A stretch of DNA of 64,000 nt from the human T2T-CHM13v2.0 reference genome, Homo sapiens: assembly GCF_009914755.1 (NCBI RefSeq), contig NC_060928.1. The stretch is one strand, 5' to 3'. Of this stretch, positions 51,523-64,000 are shown in pieces; positions within the stretch are counted from its first letter, which is position 1; the number at the start of each line of letters is the position of its first letter. The position numbers and the translations under genes were made by a program. Under the pieces are notes generated by a model. It ran no database searches. It saw nothing but the letters and a program-made list of their open reading frames with translations, and had not been told where the DNA came from.

Positions 51523-51831
51523 CACACACACACACAAATTCCTTGACATTTTTCCTTTCAAGAAGTAGAACGTAATTACTCTCCCTTTAAGTGTAGGCTG
51601 GATTTAGTGATTTAGCATAAAGCAGAAGTGAAGGCATACAATTTCAGGGACTAGATCACAAAATGCACCACAGTTTCTTCCCCACTCTCTCTTGAATCTC
51701 TCAGTCTGAGTGACTGCACCCGACCTGTGGATGTGTTTTAAAGCCACGACAGCGTCCAATATTGTTCTAGTAACTCTTTTGTACCAGGCACTGTTCTAGG
51801 CACTGGAAACCCAGGAATAAAGAAAACAATG

Positions 51832-52165
<334 letters not shown>

Positions 52166-52571
52166 TCAGCCCTCTTTCTCCACTATAGGGTATAATATCA
52201 ATCAGTTATCTTTGCTGATTGCCTGCTATGTCTCAAAATGCAAAGAAGGAAAATATTATATATGGAATGTGGAGTTGAGGACATGCCAGAATTATGTTTT
52301 TCACCTGATATTTCTCAATCATAAATATAACATACACATTTAGATGTGCTTCATGCTGTGTACTTATGAGCGTCAAAGAAACCTTTGTGCAAACAAAGAT
52401 TTACATTTTTCCCCACGAATTCTGTTTTCTAGCCAACATGCTTATTTATAAGTTGCAGATAGATAGACTAAAAAGTAGAAAACAATGAAAGAAACATAAC
52501 TTTTATGACATTGACACAATGAGCTACTTACGACTTACAATAAGAGTAACTATAAAAAATTACATTCTCAC

Positions 52572-52893
<322 letters not shown>

Positions 52894-52915
52894 TCAGGTG
52901 AGTCTTTTAAAACTA

Positions 52916-53143
52916 CAGTTGACTCTTGAACAACACGGGTTTGAACTTCATGGGTCCACTTATAAGTGGATTTTTTTTCAACCAAACTTGGATCGAAAAT
53001 ACAGTATTCCTGGACAAGAAACCCATGTACACAGAGGGCCAACTTTTTCTGTACACAGGGCTGAGTATAGGACTTGAGTATGGTCAATGTGGAATATGTG
53101 GGGATTCTAGAACCAATCTTCTGTGCAACAGAGGGAAGAATCT
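52916..53143. mobile_element. MER8/Tigger-family MITE
   Basis: 'cagttgactcttgaacaacacgggtttgaac...ggatcgaaaatacagtattc'. Confidence 0.75.
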
Positions 53144-54624
53144 ACTCCTTTTGACAAATGGATAAATGGATAAATGGAAGTAACCTTGGGTAACCTTGGA
53201 TGCTCTGAGATGTACCAACTCTGACGTCAGAGAAGTAATGCCTTAGACTTCTAGGAGCCAACTCTACATAACCTAGCAGCCCTGAGCAGGATGCAGGAGC
53301 TGAAATACCCACTGAAGACTCTTAGAATCACACGTCAGAGGTCAGAGGCAGAAAGATCATTGAACATGTGCTAGTCCAACCTCTCCATTTCACACTGTAG
53401 AGACAGGCTCAGAGAAGACAGGGGACTCACTCTACATCACTCAGTGGTAGGTGGCAGATGTGAGATTGCAACCCAAATATCCTGGTTTCAATCCTGACTT
53501 ATTTCCCTAAAACCCACTTTGCCTCTTGCAGTAGCAGTGCCCAAGGGGTGCTTACTGAGCAGGGGCAATGCCATGTTTCCAGAGGGAAAGGCAGCTGGCT
53601 GTCATTAACTTCTATAGCACTCCTATTCTTTGCAAATTGCCATCCAAACATTTTGTGCAATGTAAAGGTAACCAATACTTTTGATAACTTACTGTTGCTA
53701 GGAACTGTTCTCAAACTCATTTAATTATCATAAAAACCCCATGAGGTTGGTATTACTATGATCCCCTTTTCATAAGCAAGGAATCAAGGCACTGAGAGGT
53801 TATGGTAGAAAGTGGCAGAGCTGGTGCTCAAATCCTGACAATTTGGCTCAAGGGCTCATGCCCTTTAGTGCTAGGTTATAAATAATTCTAACTCCCCTGC
53901 TCACTGACAGTGTTTCTCCCCTATGCTGAGGCTGTTCCTGCCAGGATTCTTTGCTTCTGCTACAGATGGATTCCTCCTGTGTTTTCCTAATTAACCTTCA
54001 AGGCCTACAGCAACAGCCCAACCTCATCCAGGAAGTCTTTCTGGATTTCCTCCAGGCTGTGAGGCAATAATTTTGCGGCCAGATCCTTGAAATACTCCTT
54101 ATTCAGCACTTTCCTGCCCCTCAGTGCAGCAGAGGCTCTCTTTATACACAGGTGAATTACAGTCTAAGGCAATGGCACCAGGAGTGGGCTAGAAAAGGGA
54201 GCCCTGGGCTCTAGTCCCTGTTCTGCTACTATCCTGTCTAGTGACTCTGGAAAGTCTGTCAAACCATCTGAGCTTTTGAATCTGTAAGACGAACTGTTGG
54301 CCGTTCTGTAATCCCAGTGAAATGATTTATTCCAGTAAGACTTGTCAGTCTTAGCAGTGTCTTACCAGACTTAGCAGTGTCTGCTAAAACATGAGGTGGG
54401 AAGATGCTGGGAGCAGGCTGCTTGTGTGTTTCAATCTGTCACCCCACAGATTGCTTGCTCTGTACAAATGGAAAGCAATCCTTTCATTTGGAGAGACCTG
54501 AGGTCACCATCTCAACTAAGAGGTTGAGCATCATTAAACAGGGGATGGTGTGAACTTGGGAGCCTCTTGATGTGACACAATACAAAATGCACTGCAGCAT
54601 CTATGAACATTTTCTTTTTCTTCT

Positions 54625-55545
54625 GACAGATTTATTTAGGTATAATTCATACATCACACAATCCACCCATTTAAAGATACAGTTCAAAGGCTTTTTATAT
54701 TCACAGAGTTGTACCACCACCAGAATCTAATTTTAGAACATTTTCATCACCCCCAAAAGAAGCCCCATAGCCATGAGCAGTCATTTCTCTATCCCCCTCC
54801 TACCACCCCCAGGCCTAGGCAACCACAAATCTACTTTCTTTTCTGTGTATTTTCTTATTATGAACATTTTATATAAGTGGAATCATATATTATTAATATG
54901 TGGTCTTTTGTCACTGGCTTCTTTCACCCAGGATGTTTTCAAGGTTCCTCAAGATATCAGCACTTTATTCCTTGTATAATATTCCATTGTATGAATATGC
55001 CACATTTTATCTTTTTTTGTTTTGTTTTGTTTTTTGAGACAGAGTCTTAACTCTGTCACCTAAGCTGGAGTGCAGTGGTGTGATCTTGGTTCACTGCAAC
55101 CTTTGCCTCTTGGGTTAAACGATTCTCATGCCTCAGCCTCCTGAGTAGCTGGGATTACAGGTGTGTGCCACCATGCCCAGCTAATTTTTGTATTTTTAGT
55201 AGAGACAGGGTTTCAGCATGTTGGCCAGGCTGGTCTCAAATTCCTGACCTCAAGTGATCCACCCACCTTGGCCTCCCAAAGTGCTGGGATTACAGGTGTG
55301 AGTCACCACACCAGTGAATTTGCCACATTAAAAAAATCTATTATTTAATGGACAGTTGAGTTGTTTTCCAGTTTTCGGCGATTATCAATAACGTTGCTAT
55401 GAACACTTGTTACAAGTTTTTGTTTGGACATGTTTTCATTTTTTTTGGGTGTACACCTCAGAGCAGAACTGCCGGATCAGGCGGGAACTCCAAGCTTCGT
55501 ATTTTGAAGAGCTTCCAGATTGTTTTCTAAAACTGCTGCACTGTG
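54625..55545 (-). mobile_element. L1MB-like 3' end (antisense) interrupted by Alu
   Basis: 'ggtataattcatac...cacccatttaaag', 'tagaacattttcatcacccccaaaagaagccc', 'ctaggcaaccacaaatctactttc'. Confidence 0.75.
55011..55313 (-). mobile_element. AluS (Sz/Sx-like)
   Basis: Antisense dimer; flanking tgccacatt repeated. Confidence 0.92.
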
Positions 55546-55780
55546 TCATATTTGTACTTAAGTTTTCTTGTCAAGCATGTTTAATCAAGTTAATCAAGAC
55601 TTTTGACATAATTTCTGGTTTTGGTTTATAGGAAACATTGACAGAGAAAAACATTAACGGACACCATGAGGGGGCAATGAAGCAAATCTATAAAGTAGGA
55701 CATTCTATGACTGGCCTGAGCGCTTCAAAAAGTCAGGGTGCCGGTGTCCTGATGGAAGAGGAGTGGTGGTGACTGTTTTA

Positions 55781-56104
<324 letters not shown>

Positions 56105-58122
56105 CTAAAGAAACATGACAACCAAATCCAATGTGTAAACCTTAATTGCATTCTGGTTAGAACAAAACAGCACCAAAAGATGTTTTGGGGACAAGTTAGA
56201 ATATTTGAATATTTATGGGATATTAATGGTATTAGGGAGTTAAAATTTTCTTAGATATAATAGTAGTACTCTGGTTAGATAGGAGAATGTTCTGATTTTT
56301 AAGAGATGTGGCCAAATTATTTAGGGGTTTTAAGTGTCATGATCTCTGCAACTTACTTTCAAGTTGTTCAAAAATATCACACACACACAGCGATAAAGCA
56401 AGTAATCGCAGCTGTTAGTTTTTTAATCGAAGGGGTGAGTATGTGGGTGCTCAGTATATTCCTTTAGCTTTTCTGACTGTTGACATTTTTCATAATAAAA
56501 AGTTGGAAAGAAAGGAGACCACACGCTCCATGATTGATAATTTAGCCATCTCTCCCCAGTTAGACTACAAACCCCTGAAGGTCTAGGGCCTGACTCTGTA
56601 CCTCCGTAGCCAAGCCTGGTGCTAATGCCTCAATATAGGTGCCTGGTCCTTAACTAGAGGCAATAGAGAAATTTCGCACAGACCAGCAATTCAAAAAATG
56701 TGGCTGCAGTTGAAGAAGACATTGTCATTCTTCACTGTTTATAGCCTTAGCTTGGAAAATGAGAGGGTGGTAATTGCAGTCATGTTCCCGATGCCTGCCA
56801 GCGAAAACAAACTTTTCTAACTTTGCTCTCAGAGCAGTTGATGCAAAAGAAAATAGAAATCAACCAGCCTCCCAATTAGCATCACTCATTTTAATTTGAT
56901 TGCTGTTTCTGCCCAAGCGAAAGCAAGTTAGCTAAGTAAAATCCTGAAACAACACATAACCCCTGGGCTACTGCACTCATGACTGTCCTAAAAGATACAG
57001 GCTTTGGAAAGGTCCTGGGCAGATATGCATCATTCTTATTACATAGGGGATGGTGACTGTTGTAGATTAAAAGATAGGGGCATTTCAAAGACTAGCCCTG
57101 GCGGAGGGTATGATCCTGGGGATATTACAGAAAAGTTAGGGTCACCTGGGCCAACTCAGTGTAATCCTAATATAATATTATTTCAGCCTTCCATTTTCTC
57201 CCTGTCCCTCATAGGAGATGGGAAATCATTGTCCTCTGCCAGTATAGCTGCTTTCATTTTGAAACATAAATTGAGCCACTTTTTCTCTATAGTATTGGTT
57301 TTAGGATTATGGAGTGAGCACTAGACATAGAACATGTACCTCAAGAGAAACTGAAAATCCAGTGCTTGAACTAGATAAGTCTATGCGGCCATTTCTCATT
57401 CAAAGATAGCACATCTCAAACCTCTTAGAGACACCTAATTGCAAATGTTTTGCCTTGTTATGTCTATAAACCGATAAAATGTCCTAGACATTTCTTACTT
57501 TTGGAATTAAATCTATATTTCTCAGATCGCTTACTTCTAGCCCCTTGTGATACAGAAATCCTATTTCATACAATATGTTCTATCAGTTTTTGGAAAGCAT
57601 AGTCACTACGCAAGTTGTCGCATAGCAAGAATGGGCTGTTTTCCCTGGTAAAGAACAGCTTCATTTTATCCAAAAGCCTGATCACACGTGCTAAATTCTA
57701 AGAATAGTGCTGACTTAAATACTGTGCATTTTTGCTAAGTCATGTATTCAAACCATGTATCAACCCAACATATATTAAACTTTTATTTGCAGAAAATATG
57801 GTGGCCATTGCTCTACTCACATGCTAACCCTGTAACCATTGTTCTGAAACAATCCCTTCATTAACAGAATTTAGGCTGTGTACAGGTGAAACTGGTCTCC
57901 ACTGAGATTTCTAGGGGGACAAAATGAACTCCATTAAATTTCACACAAGGAAAAGAAAACTGAGACAAAAATCTTTGCCCATGGCAATATTTTCTAAGGT
58001 GTGTTTCAGAAAAAAAAATTTATGTTCAAACTGATTTGGGAAAAGCTGCATACCAAGTGCCTCTGTTGAAGGTCCCAATGCACACTAATATATCGAAGGC
58101 TTAAGAAAGTCCTATAGTGAGA

Positions 58123-58466
<344 letters not shown>

Positions 58467-58928
58467 TCAGTGTCCTCTAAATTTATTGGCCCACAAGATG
58501 TTTTGTAAAAATTGCATAACATCACTTAACATCTCAAGGAAGACACTTTGGGAAATGATAACCTTTAATTATGACAAAGAACAACATGATACTCAAAGTA
58601 TAAAAAAAAGTTAGGACACAATCAGAGAAATTGGAATGCTAACTGAATATTTGATAGTAACAAATTAATACTTTTTTTAAAGTATAATAATGAGATTCTG
58701 GTTCTGTGGAATTTTTTCCTTGAGTTGTTAACACACGCTGAGTTATTTACACATGAAATGATTTAATATCTGGGGTTTGCTTAAAAATAATCCAAAGTGA
58801 GGCAGTTTAGGGTAGTTGGCTGTACGAATTGAGATCAGACGTCAGTTGATAACTGAGCATGAATTTTTGTAAAAGAACATGGTCATGTTTTTAAAAATTC
58901 TGACATTGAAGATCTGAGTGTCTGAGTA

Positions 58929-59358
58929 TTTTTTTTTTTTTTTCAGCTAAAACAGCGGAAGAGGTGATTTATTATATGGTTGTTACACTCGGCCACAAAT
59001 AAACACAGAAATAGTCCAGAGTGTCACAGGTCCAGGGCAGAGGACCGACATGGGCAGTTTTGTTTATGAGCAAGTTGGGTCTCAGAGGTGATCGGCGATC
59101 AGAGGGTGATGAAGTTCTAGATCCATTGAGACAAGCTCTAGGCAGTAGCATGTAGTCCCACAACTTGTACCAGCACCCCCAGAGTCTGGTGTTCCATGTT
59201 TCTGCTCCTGTGGCCTCCACGGTGCAACAAGCTAGCGGTTTACTTGGACCTCTGCCTCATCTTTCTTCTTTGGCGCTACAGCTTGCGCATTCGCTTCTTC
59301 CTCCACTTGGCTCTCATGGCGCAGAGGTTTCCAAGAAAATGGCGCTAAGGTCGAGAGC
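58929..59358 (-). pseudogene. RPL41: Processed pseudogene of ribosomal protein L41 (eL41)
   Basis: Minus-strand CDS 59317-59240 reads [24 protein letters not shown] (parent [25 protein letters not shown]). Intronless, 5'UTR ctctcgaccttagcgccatttt, 3'UTR with AATAAA, poly(A), TSD ctgagtatt (58922-30, 59359-67). Confidence 0.95.
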
Positions 59359-59444
59359 CTGAGTATTGTTTTGATGACAAGAACTTGCTTCAAAAAGTAT
59401 CTCTAAGTAACTTCTAATTTATAGAATAATAGTAAAATGAGTAT

Positions 59445-59748
59445 TTCTTTTTATTATTATTTTTTAAGACAGAGTCTTGCTCTTTTGCCCAGGCTGGAGT
59501 GCAGCTATACAGTCTTGGGTCACTGCAACCTCCACATACTGGATTCAAGCGGTTCTCCCACCTCAGCTTCCTGAGTAGCTGGGATTACAAGCATGCGCCA
59601 CCATGCCTGGCTAATTTTTGTATTTTTAGTAGAGACAGGGCTTCACCATGTTGGCCAGGCTGGTCTCAAACTCCTGACCTCAAGTGATCTGCCCACCTTG
59701 ACCTTCCGAAGTGCTGGGATTACAGGCGTGAGCCACCGTGCCTGGCCC
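59445..59748 (-). mobile_element. AluS
   Basis: TSD agtaaaatgagtatttct. Confidence 0.93.
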
Positions 59749-60229
59749 AGTAAAATGAGTATTTCTAAGCAGATGCTAAAAACCCGAAGTAGGAGCATTC
59801 CTTAGCATCCAGCTAAAGGCTGCCACCGTGCAATAAGCACTTGCTAATTAATACATTGACATTGTGGAGAAGTGAGGGGTATTCCAGTGCATTTTATGCA
59901 TCCACACACTTTATTTCCATGGGTGGAATTTGTGAGAATCCAGAATCTTAAACCAGTAAACTAAAGGTCTCGTTTAACAAGTTATGACTAGGAGTTCAAG
60001 AGACTTTATATAACATGGTAAGCTCTAGTGGCGCAGAGGCACAATGGAGAAAAGGACATGGCTTTGGAATCAGATTATTGGGTTTGCCTCCAGGTATTAA
60101 TACTCTCTAGCTATGTGGTCCTGGGCAAGGGACTTTAGATCTTTTTGCTGTTTCCTCATCTATAAAGTTGGAATAACAACAATAATAATATCCTCCTTAG
60201 AAAGCTGTTGTGACTTTTAAACCAGATAA

Positions 60230-60571
<342 letters not shown>

Positions 60572-60687
60572 ACTTAGTGACTATTTCACAATTATCCATC
60601 ATCATCGTCATTGCCATCAACATCATCTTTCTAGGTAGTTCACGGCAGGGATGGCTCATGTTCTGAGTAACTCTTAGTTAAGTCCTC

Positions 60688-61155
60688 TCATTACTGAGTA
60701 ATCATGAGCTCACTGTCCAAGGTGCAGAGAGGCTAATACCATTGGACCAGCTTTTGAGAAAAGAAAAGCTTTATTGTGAGTCGCCTGGCAAGCAGACAGG
60801 AGGAAATACTCAAATCTGTCTCCCTGCGCTGGGGTTTGGGTTGGGTTTATAAGCATAAGGTGATGAGATGTGATCTGATTGGATCTTGCAATGAGATTTG
60901 AGATGATGCTGGGAGGTAGGATCTGTCTGGATCCTGCCATGGGGTGATGCCAGAGCTTGATCTAAGTAGACCCTGGATCCTACCATGTTGTATCCACTTC
61001 TTAATTCAGTCCCTTCCCCTCAGTCTGAGCTCTTAGGTTTCCCCCTATGGTTGCACACTTGGTTCATCTGGGCATGCTCAGCTTATGTGACCTTCAATCT
61101 GTGCTTTATGACAACTGAAAAACAACTACAACATTGTGACATGAAAGCTGAGCCA
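60688..61155 (-). mobile_element. ERV1-class solo LTR (subfamily uncertain)
   Basis: 'aaaagctttattg...ctcaaatctgtctccct' antisense LTR U5/R pattern; ends 'gtcaca'. Confidence 0.55.
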
Positions 61156-61270
61156 GATTGGTCTGGTGTGGTCACACTCTGAGCCCGTGCTTCTCAGCGA
61201 AGAATGGGAAACTGTTATGAAACTAATGGAAATATGTAGCCACAAAGAGTTTCAAAGAGACACAGAATAC

Positions 61271-61568
61271 TTTTTTTTTTTTTTTTGAGACAGGGTCTTG
61301 CACCATTGCCCAGGCTGGAGTGTAGTGATGTGATCTCAGTTCACTGCCGCCTCAGTCTCCTGGGTTCAAGCAATTCTGCCACTTCAGCCTCCTGAGTAGC
61401 TGGGATTACAGGGGCATGCCACCATGCCTGGCTAATTTCTGCATTTTTAGTAGAGACAGGGTTTCACCACGTTAGTCAGGCTGTTCTCGAACTCCTGACC
61501 TCAGGTGATCCATGCCTCAGCCTCCCAAAGTGCTGGGATTACAGGCATGAGCCACCACTGTGGCTGGC
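61271..61568 (-). mobile_element. AluS
   Basis: TSD gagacacagaatact. Confidence 0.92.
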
Positions 61569-62005
61569 TGAGACACAGAATACTCTTTTATCTATGTTAG
61601 GAAGTATGTTTTCCCCTTTGAACAGCCTTTCTTACAGCTTGTTTAAATGAGAAGGGCAAGTGATACCACCTCAGTCTACCATGTTGAAATAGAAATTGGG
61701 TTGAATTCTAAATATTAAGCCTCTATAAGTAGCGTGTTAAATACTATTGATGATGTAGTTTATTCTAGTTTTAAATCATTGTAACATTCCTGAACAAAGC
61801 ATGCATGGAGTGAATATTTACATTTTAAATTCTAATTTTTATAATATATTTTATAATAATTTCATATATATACCACCTAAGGAAAAAAAAGTCAAGAGTG
61901 ATTATGCAGTGAGGGGCTTAGGCATCTAAGTATTTATTTCAAGCAACATTTAGTCTTTGCATATCTTTAATTTCCCTGCACAATTCCTTTGAGAATTTAA
62001 ATAAC

Positions 62006-62707
62006 TGTTAGCAAAATGTCAGGGGTTCGATCTAGGTCCTATTGCTCTTTGCACAGAAAGCCAATCACTGGGGCCAAGCACAGTGGCTCACACCTTTAAT
62101 CCCAGCACTTTGGGTGGCTGAGACAGGTGAATCGCTTGAGCCCGGGAGTTCAAGACCAGCCTGAGCAATATGGTGAAACGCTGTCTCTACCAAAAATACA
62201 AAAATCAGCCAGTCTCATAGCCCAGCCTCAAAATAAATAAATGAATAGATTAAAATAATAATGAAGAAAGCCAATCACGGAGACAATGAATATTGCCAAG
62301 GAAAATACTTTAATTGATTGCTGCAGCCAAAAAGATGGGAAATCAGTTTCAAATCCATCTCTGCAACTGACTAAAACTAGGGGTTTATACAGCAGTGAAG
62401 GAATTTAACTGCATGTAGAAGAACAGAATTAGAGAGGGGTAAGGAAGAGGATTTGGTCGACGGGAACTATGTGTAGGTGAACAGGAATTAGGGAGGGGTC
62501 TGGCATCTCATTGTCCAGATGCAGTGATCTAATAAGTTTCAGTTCTTTGATACTATCTGGGAGGCCTGATGGTGGGTTTCCTAAGAAAGGAACTCAGATA
62601 AGACAAATGTAAGTTTCTCAAGTTTTAAGACCAGAGGGGTCTATTTCTATGTTTATTTTTTTTTAACCCATAAACTTCAGTTCTATGGGGATATTGGGCT
62701 GGTTTCA
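62006..62707 (-). mobile_element. ERV1 solo LTR (LTR8-family-like) with short Alu insert
   Basis: 'cacagaaagccaatcac...tcaaatccatctc'; end 'ggtttca' (TGAAACC start). Confidence 0.65.
62072..62264 (+). mobile_element. Short monomeric Alu (left arm, short unique 3' segment, own tail)
   Basis: TSD agaaagccaatcac(t/g)g (62055-70, 62265-80). Confidence 0.85.
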
Positions 62708-63119
62708 TAATCAATTCAGATGATTTGGGGCAGTTAAATTGAAAGTATGCATATGTTTTAAAACTTCAGGTTTTTTCATTTCCCTGGGAATGTCACAACG
62801 ATTCCTTGGGACTTAAAAGAAAATCTGCCTCAGATATTCAGAAAATTTTAGCAATGTAAGCACCTCCTGATTTTCATTCCGATCACGAACAGCAGTGGAA
62901 GAGTAGCCTGGTCTGGGCTAAAAGCTTTGTGAAAGTTTCTGAGCAAATTATTTCACTTCTGCTAAGCCTTGGGTTATTTATCTATTAAAAAAATTTTCAG
63001 TGGCAGTATTTGATTCAAGAGTTAGAAGGTATATGAAGTTAAGCATATAACATGCTAAACACTAGTCATTATTATTAATTATTTGTGAATAATCGTTAAG
63101 TGACTTATAGGGTTTTAAG

Positions 63120-63415
63120 ATTTTTATTTTAGAGACAAAGTCTCTCTCTGTCACCAAGGCTGGAGTGCAGTGGCACAATCATAGTTCACTGTAACCTCAA
63201 ACTCCTAGACTCAAGGGATCCTCCTGCCTCAGCCTTCTGAGTAGCTAGGACTATAGGCATACATCACCACACCTGGCTAATTTTTTTTTTTTTTTTTTGT
63301 AGAGACAGGTCTGCTATCTTGCCCAGGCTGTTCTTGAACTCCTGGCCTCCAGTGATTCTCCTACCTCAGCCTTCCAAAGTACTGGTATTACAGGCATAAA
63401 CTATTGTTCCTGGCC
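63120..63415 (-). mobile_element. AluJ
   Basis: Antisense dimer with J diagnostics. Confidence 0.88.
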
Positions 63416-64000
63416 ATCTAATAGGCATTTTTAAATTGGTTTAGCTTGATAGGAAGTTTTGAAATGCTGATGAAGCCTGTCAGGTTCTTCCCCCTTTGGA
63501 GATTATGTCCGCTTTTGGCCTACAAGTTGGGAATGAAAAGGTTGTATGTTCCTCTCTCTTTGGAGTAGCATGAATTTAATTCAATATGTTACTTTATAAT
63601 CTCAGCTCTCTGAGGACCTGAAAAATGTTATTCTCTTGAAGACCTTTTCACTTGTTCTGGTTGTAGAGGCGGTAGTAACATTCTCTTGTGGCTTTCAATG
63701 TCCTAAACTAAAGTGGAGCATTGAGTGGTCAATGCTACTCACCTGACCACTGCTGAGAAACTGTTCATGGAAAAAGACATTAGACAGTGAAGTTGGACCA
63801 TTGCCCAGCTACGTGAATCACCAAAAGAACTGATCATCTTTAAAAAAGATGTATTTTAAAGGTACCTTGGAAATATGTGGGTCAGCTTCTTCAACATTCA
63901 CTCTATGGTTTCTGGCTAGTGATCAGGTTGTTGGATACATTTCCTAAAAGAGCCCAAATCCAGGAATGCTTAGTTGTATAAAAATGTACATATCCAAGAA

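Noticed and set aside
58972-59362. Track ORFs of 82 aa and 65 aa
   Set aside because: They derive from the RPL41 pseudogene 3'UTR and antisense strand
62072-62264. BC200 (BCYRN1) retrocopy
   Set aside because: Lacks BC200-specific substitutions and its unique C-rich 3' domain

Overview
Primate (human-like) non-coding genomic DNA, made up mostly of transposable elements. I find no supportable intact host protein-coding gene; almost every ORF in the track is Alu-, L1- or LTR-derived, or random. Contents: (i) a full-length but dead L1PA4-like LINE-1 (~2707-8850, +) that still has an intact antisense ORF0 and the ZNF93-target segment of the 5'UTR; (ii) about 36 Alu/FLAM elements, many with clear target-site duplications (TSDs); (iii) MaLR and ERV solo LTRs (THE1, MST, MLT1, MLT2, MER39-, MER4-, MER61-, LTR8-like), plus old L1M, L2, MIR and DNA transposon fragments; (iv) a near-full-length processed RPL41 pseudogene (-, 58929-59358) with a nonsense codon; (v) a ~17-28.5 kb block with + strand splice sites that, from memory, resembles exons of the duplicated subtelomeric lncRNA family. 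The most notable unexplained structure is a local inverted duplication with inversion and deletion at 50602-51725, which looks like a template-switching (FoSTeS/MMBIR) product. I see no evidence for a new multi-gene biological system. Repeat subfamily names come from recalled consensus sequences and boundaries are approximate; RepeatMasker/Dfam and BLAT are needed to confirm them.
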